19,475 nt of DNA from Gemmatimonadaceae bacterium (GTDB taxonomy: Bacteria; Gemmatimonadota; Gemmatimonadetes; Gemmatimonadales; Gemmatimonadaceae): NCBI GenBank assembly GCA_044224875.1, contig JBGAJQ010000087.1:1-19475 (forward strand), read 5' to 3'. Positions 16,429 to 19,475 of the stretch are shown piece by piece. The notes under the pieces are model-generated. The model was not told where the DNA came from, did no database searches, and saw only the letters and a program-made list of their open reading frames with translations. How positions within the stretch are numbered: the stretch's first letter is position 1; every line of letters starts with the position of its first letter. A program made the position numbers and the translations under genes.

Positions 16429-18811
16429 CTCGTCCCCTTCAGCCACAACCGCCGACGTCGCGTCCGTACCGCGACGCGAGGGTCTTTGGGCGGCACTCAC
16501 ATACGTGCTATGCGCCCTGGCGCTCGGATATCCCGCCCTGGTCGGGAAATTCCTCGTGAATCCGCTGAGTGACCAGTACAAGGCCGGCTACGCATTCCGT
16601 GAGTATGCGGCTACCACGTTGAAGACGACGGGACATTTCCCGCTGTGGAATCCCTACTTGTTTGGCGGAATGCCGTACGTGGATGCCATGCACGGCGACA
16701 TTTTTTACCCGACGTTCCTTCTGCGTTTGGTCCTGCCGACAGACGTGGCAATGACGTGGGGATTCATCATCCACCTGTTCCTCGCCGGCCTCTTCACCTT
16801 CTACCTACTGCGCGCGTTTAACCTCGGGTTCTTTGCCAGCCTGCTTGGTGGCGTCGCGTATATGATGGGAGGGAACGTCGCGGCACTGGTGGCCCCCGGA
16901 CACGACGGTAAGGTGTTCGTCTCTGCGATGCTCCCGGCGGTGCTGATTTGCGTCACCCGTCTTATTCGGGATGGCAAACTATGGGCGTCCGGGGCACTAG
17001 CGTTTGCGGTCGGCATGGCGGTGTTGTCGCCGCACCCGCAGCTCCTGCAGTACATGTTGCTGGTGGCTGGGGGCTTCGCGCTGCTCCTGTCTTTCTCATC
17101 CCTCGGGGGATCTGGTCGTTCCCGAGGCGTGATCATGCGCCGGCTCTCCTTGGCTGGCGTGGGAATCGCGGTCGGCCTGAGTATTGGCGCAATACAGTTT
17201 CTTCCGCTTCGGCAGTATACGCCGTGGTCTCCGAGAGCCACCGGAAAGGGCTGGGAAGCCGCGACAGAGTTCTCGATGCCGCCGGAAGAGGCGATCAACT
17301 TCGCGCTCCCCGAGTTCAGCGGGATCCTCGAGCAATACTGGGGGCGGAACGGCATCCACTATCACAGCGAGTACCTCGGTATCGTGGTGGTGGTGTTGGC
17401 GCTCCTGGCGTTTGGTCGCGCTGAATCGAGCGATCGGCGCCTGCTCACACGATTTTGGGGAATCGCGTTTCTGATCTCCCTGTTCTGGGCCTTCGGCGGC
17501 CACACGCCCTTCTACAAGCTCGTCTACGCCGTTGTCCCTGGCACCAAGTTCTTCCGGGCGCCGAGCACCATGTTGTTCGTGGTGTCGTTCGCGGCAGCTG
17601 TTCTTGCCGCGTTAGGCGCAGAGCGCGCCTTCCGGAAGGAGACGACGCGACGCGGACTCATGTTGGCCGTGATGGGTGTTGGCGTGCTCGCGCTGCTAGG
17701 TATCGGGGGCGCCCTCGGGAACCTGGGACTCACCATCGCCGGCCCAGACGCAGCGGATCGCGTGATGTCGAACAGCGGGGCGGTGCGAATTGGCGCCTTC
17801 CGAATGTTTGTGTTCGGAGCGCTGGCCGTCACCACGCTGTTCTTGATACAGACCGATCGATTGTCGCGAGACATGCAGGGCGCGCTGCTCGCTGCGCTCG
17901 TCGCCACAGACCTGTGGACGGTCGTACGGAAGTACTGGTTATTCTCCGAACCTGCGAAGGTCATCTTCGCCACGGATGCGGCAGTCAACGCGGTTATGCA
18001 GGACTCTGTGCCGGGACGCGTCCTTGCGGTGCAGCTCGCACCCATGGTCAATCCGTATGACGCCTACCTCGGTCGCGACGCGTTGATGGTTCACCGCATA
18101 CGCAACGTGCTGGGCTACCACGGCAACGAGCTCGGTCGGTATCAGGTACTTGGAGACTTTCCGAATGGCTGGCGCCAGATCGGCAACCCGAACTTCTGGC
18201 GGCTTGCCAACGTGCGATACCTGCTGACGAACACCGACAGCGTGAACATCCCATCGCTCAAGAAGGTGGTTGGACCGGTTCGCAACGCGTCGGGGAACGA
18301 CGTCACGTTGTTCAAGGTCACCGACGAGAATCCGCTCGCCTGGGTGACACCGGTAATCGTGAAGGCTGGCGACGACGCCGTGCTCGCCACGGTTCTCGAT
18401 CCGCGGTTCGATGTGCGCACAGCCGCGCTCTTCGACTCGTCGTCGGCAGTGCAGGGCAAGACCCTCACCTCACTACCGGCCCCGTTGGCAACGACTGTGA
18501 AGCCGCTCGTATACGAACCCGGAAGGATTACTCTCGCTCTTTCAGATCCGGCTCCCGAAGGCTCGGCGCTCATCGTTTCCGAGAACTACTACCCGGGATG
18601 GCTGGCATCTGTGGACGGCAAGGCGGTGCCCACTTCGCGTGTTGATATGACGCTGATTGGCGTGCCGCTCCCAACCGGCGCTCGGCGCGTTGAGCTGGTT
18701 TTCACGGACTCGGCGTTTGAGACAGGAAAGATGATCACCCTTCTGGCCTTAGCCATTTCGCTGCTAGCTTGGGCGGGTGGCTACTTCGCAGGACGAAACA
18801 GGATTGTCTGA
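16409..18811 (+). CDS. YfhO-family polytopic membrane protein (putative GT-C-fold glycosyltransferase)
   Basis: 800 aa with many TM segments, an N-terminal loop SDQ...GHFPLWNPYLFGGMPY..., a soluble C-terminal domain ending LIVSENYYPGWLASVDGK...IGVPLPTG...VEL.F, and a final TM helix. Confidence 0.82.
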   Translation: MAAQIPDSSPSATTADVASVPRREGLWAALTYVLCALALGYPALVGKFLVNPLSDQYKAGYAFREYAATTLKTTGHFPLWNPYLFGGMPYVDAMHGDIFYPTFLLRLVLPTDVAMTWGFIIHLFLAGLFTFYLLRAFNLGFFASLLGGVAYMMGGNVAALVAPGHDGKVFVSAMLPAVLICVTRLIRDGKLWASGALAFAVGMAVLSPHPQLLQYMLLVAGGFALLLSFSSLGGSGRSRGVIMRRLSLAGVGIAVGLSIGAIQFLPLRQYTPWSPRATGKGWEAATEFSMPPEEAINFALPEFSGILEQYWGRNGIHYHSEYLGIVVVVLALLAFGRAESSDRRLLTRFWGIAFLISLFWAFGGHTPFYKLVYAVVPGTKFFRAPSTMLFVVSFAAAVLAALGAERAFRKETTRRGLMLAVMGVGVLALLGIGGALGNLGLTIAGPDAADRVMSNSGAVRIGAFRMFVFGALAVTTLFLIQTDRLSRDMQGALLAALVATDLWTVVRKYWLFSEPAKVIFATDAAVNAVMQDSVPGRVLAVQLAPMVNPYDAYLGRDALMVHRIRNVLGYHGNELGRYQVLGDFPNGWRQIGNPNFWRLANVRYLLTNTDSVNIPSLKKVVGPVRNASGNDVTLFKVTDENPLAWVTPVIVKAGDDAVLATVLDPRFDVRTAALFDSSSAVQGKTLTSLPAPLATTVKPLVYEPGRITLALSDPAPEGSALIVSENYYPGWLASVDGKAVPTSRVDMTLIGVPLPTGARRVELVFTDSAFETGKMITLLALAISLLAWAGGYFAGRNRIV

Positions 18812-19475
18812 ACGCGCCCTGGTAATCGTTCCGACGTATAACGAACGAGAGAACATCCTTCGACTCATCGACGCGGTCCTGCCTCAGGACTCGCGGCTCG
18901 AGGTCTTGGTGGTTGATGATGGATCGCCCGACGGGACTGGGAAGCTGGTTGAAGATCGCGCCAAGACCGATCCGAGAGTTCACGTCATCCATCGAGCCTC
19001 AAAGCTTGGCCTTGGAACAGCTTATGTGGCCGGCTTTAAGTGGGCTCTCCAGCGCGACTACGAGTTTGTTTTCGAGATGGACGCTGATTTCTCCCACGAT
19101 CCGGCTCACATCCCGCAGTTCCTCTCGAGCGCGGCGGACGCCGACCTCGTGCTCGGATCGCGGTACCGGGACGGTAAGGTCACGGTGGTGAACTGGCCAA
19201 TAGGCCGGCTCATGCTTTCGTATGCCGCCAACATCTACGCTCGCACCGTTACCGGCCTGCCGCTCTTCGACGCGACCGGCGGTTTCAAATGCTTCCGACG
19301 GCGAGTGCTCGAGGCGATCGACTTGGATGACGTGCGTTCGAACGGCTACGCCTTTCAGATCGAAATGAGCTTCCGCGCCTGGAAAAAAGGATTCCGCATC
19401 GTGGAGATTCCGATCGTGTTCATCGACCGCACGGAGGGCGAGAGCAAAATGTCAAAGCGCATCGTGCGTGAAGCC
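18804..19475 (+). CDS. Polyprenol-monophosphomannose synthase (Ppm1/Dpm1-like GT2), 3'-truncated by the window edge
   Basis: Not in the ORF track because there is no stop in the window. TTG 18804 gives MSERALVIVPTYNERENI...VVDDGSPDGTG...KLGLGTAYVAGF...EMDADFSHDP...DLVLGSRY...DATGGFKCFRR...SNGYAFQIEM...EIPIVFIDRTEGESKMS. Confidence 0.92.
   Translation, partial: MSERALVIVPTYNERENILRLIDAVLPQDSRLEVLVVDDGSPDGTGKLVEDRAKTDPRVHVIHRASKLGLGTAYVAGFKWALQRDYEFVFEMDADFSHDPAHIPQFLSSAADADLVLGSRYRDGKVTVVNWPIGRLMLSYAANIYARTVTGLPLFDATGGFKCFRRRVLEAIDLDDVRSNGYAFQIEMSFRAWKKGFRIVEIPIVFIDRTEGESKMSKRIVREA

Overview
GC-rich bacterial core-genome segment with all genes on the + strand. It is probably Gemmatimonadota/FCB group, inferred from gene order and protein style rather than proven. 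Left block: 3' end of ispF, a DedA protein, xerD, a trpG/pabA-type glutamine amidotransferase broken by a perfect 11-bp tandem duplication, and a membrane-anchored M19 dipeptidase. A sigma70-like promoter at about 3586-3614 then precedes 14 tightly coupled genes: kdsB-pyrG-kdsA-kdsC-kdsD-lptC-(large lptA/OstA-like)-lptB-rpoN-GT2-GT4-UPF0104 flippase-like-YfhO-type GT-C-polyprenol-phosphate mannose synthase (partial, missing from the ORF track). Four points stand out. (1) The exported proteins, above all the LptA-like lipoprotein (16 sites), are rich in the D-[S/T]-[A/I/L/V/M/T] Bacteroidota O-glycosylation sequon while cytoplasmic proteins nearly lack it, and they share an apparent operon with a lipid-carrier glycosylation module, suggesting a candidate general protein O-glycosylation system. 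(2) LptB carries an unexplained N-terminal domain of about 154 aa. (3) LptC and the 527-aa LptA-like protein both have lipoboxes. (4) A candidate rpoN promoter lies inside lptB. No RNA genes, CRISPR arrays or mobile elements were seen.
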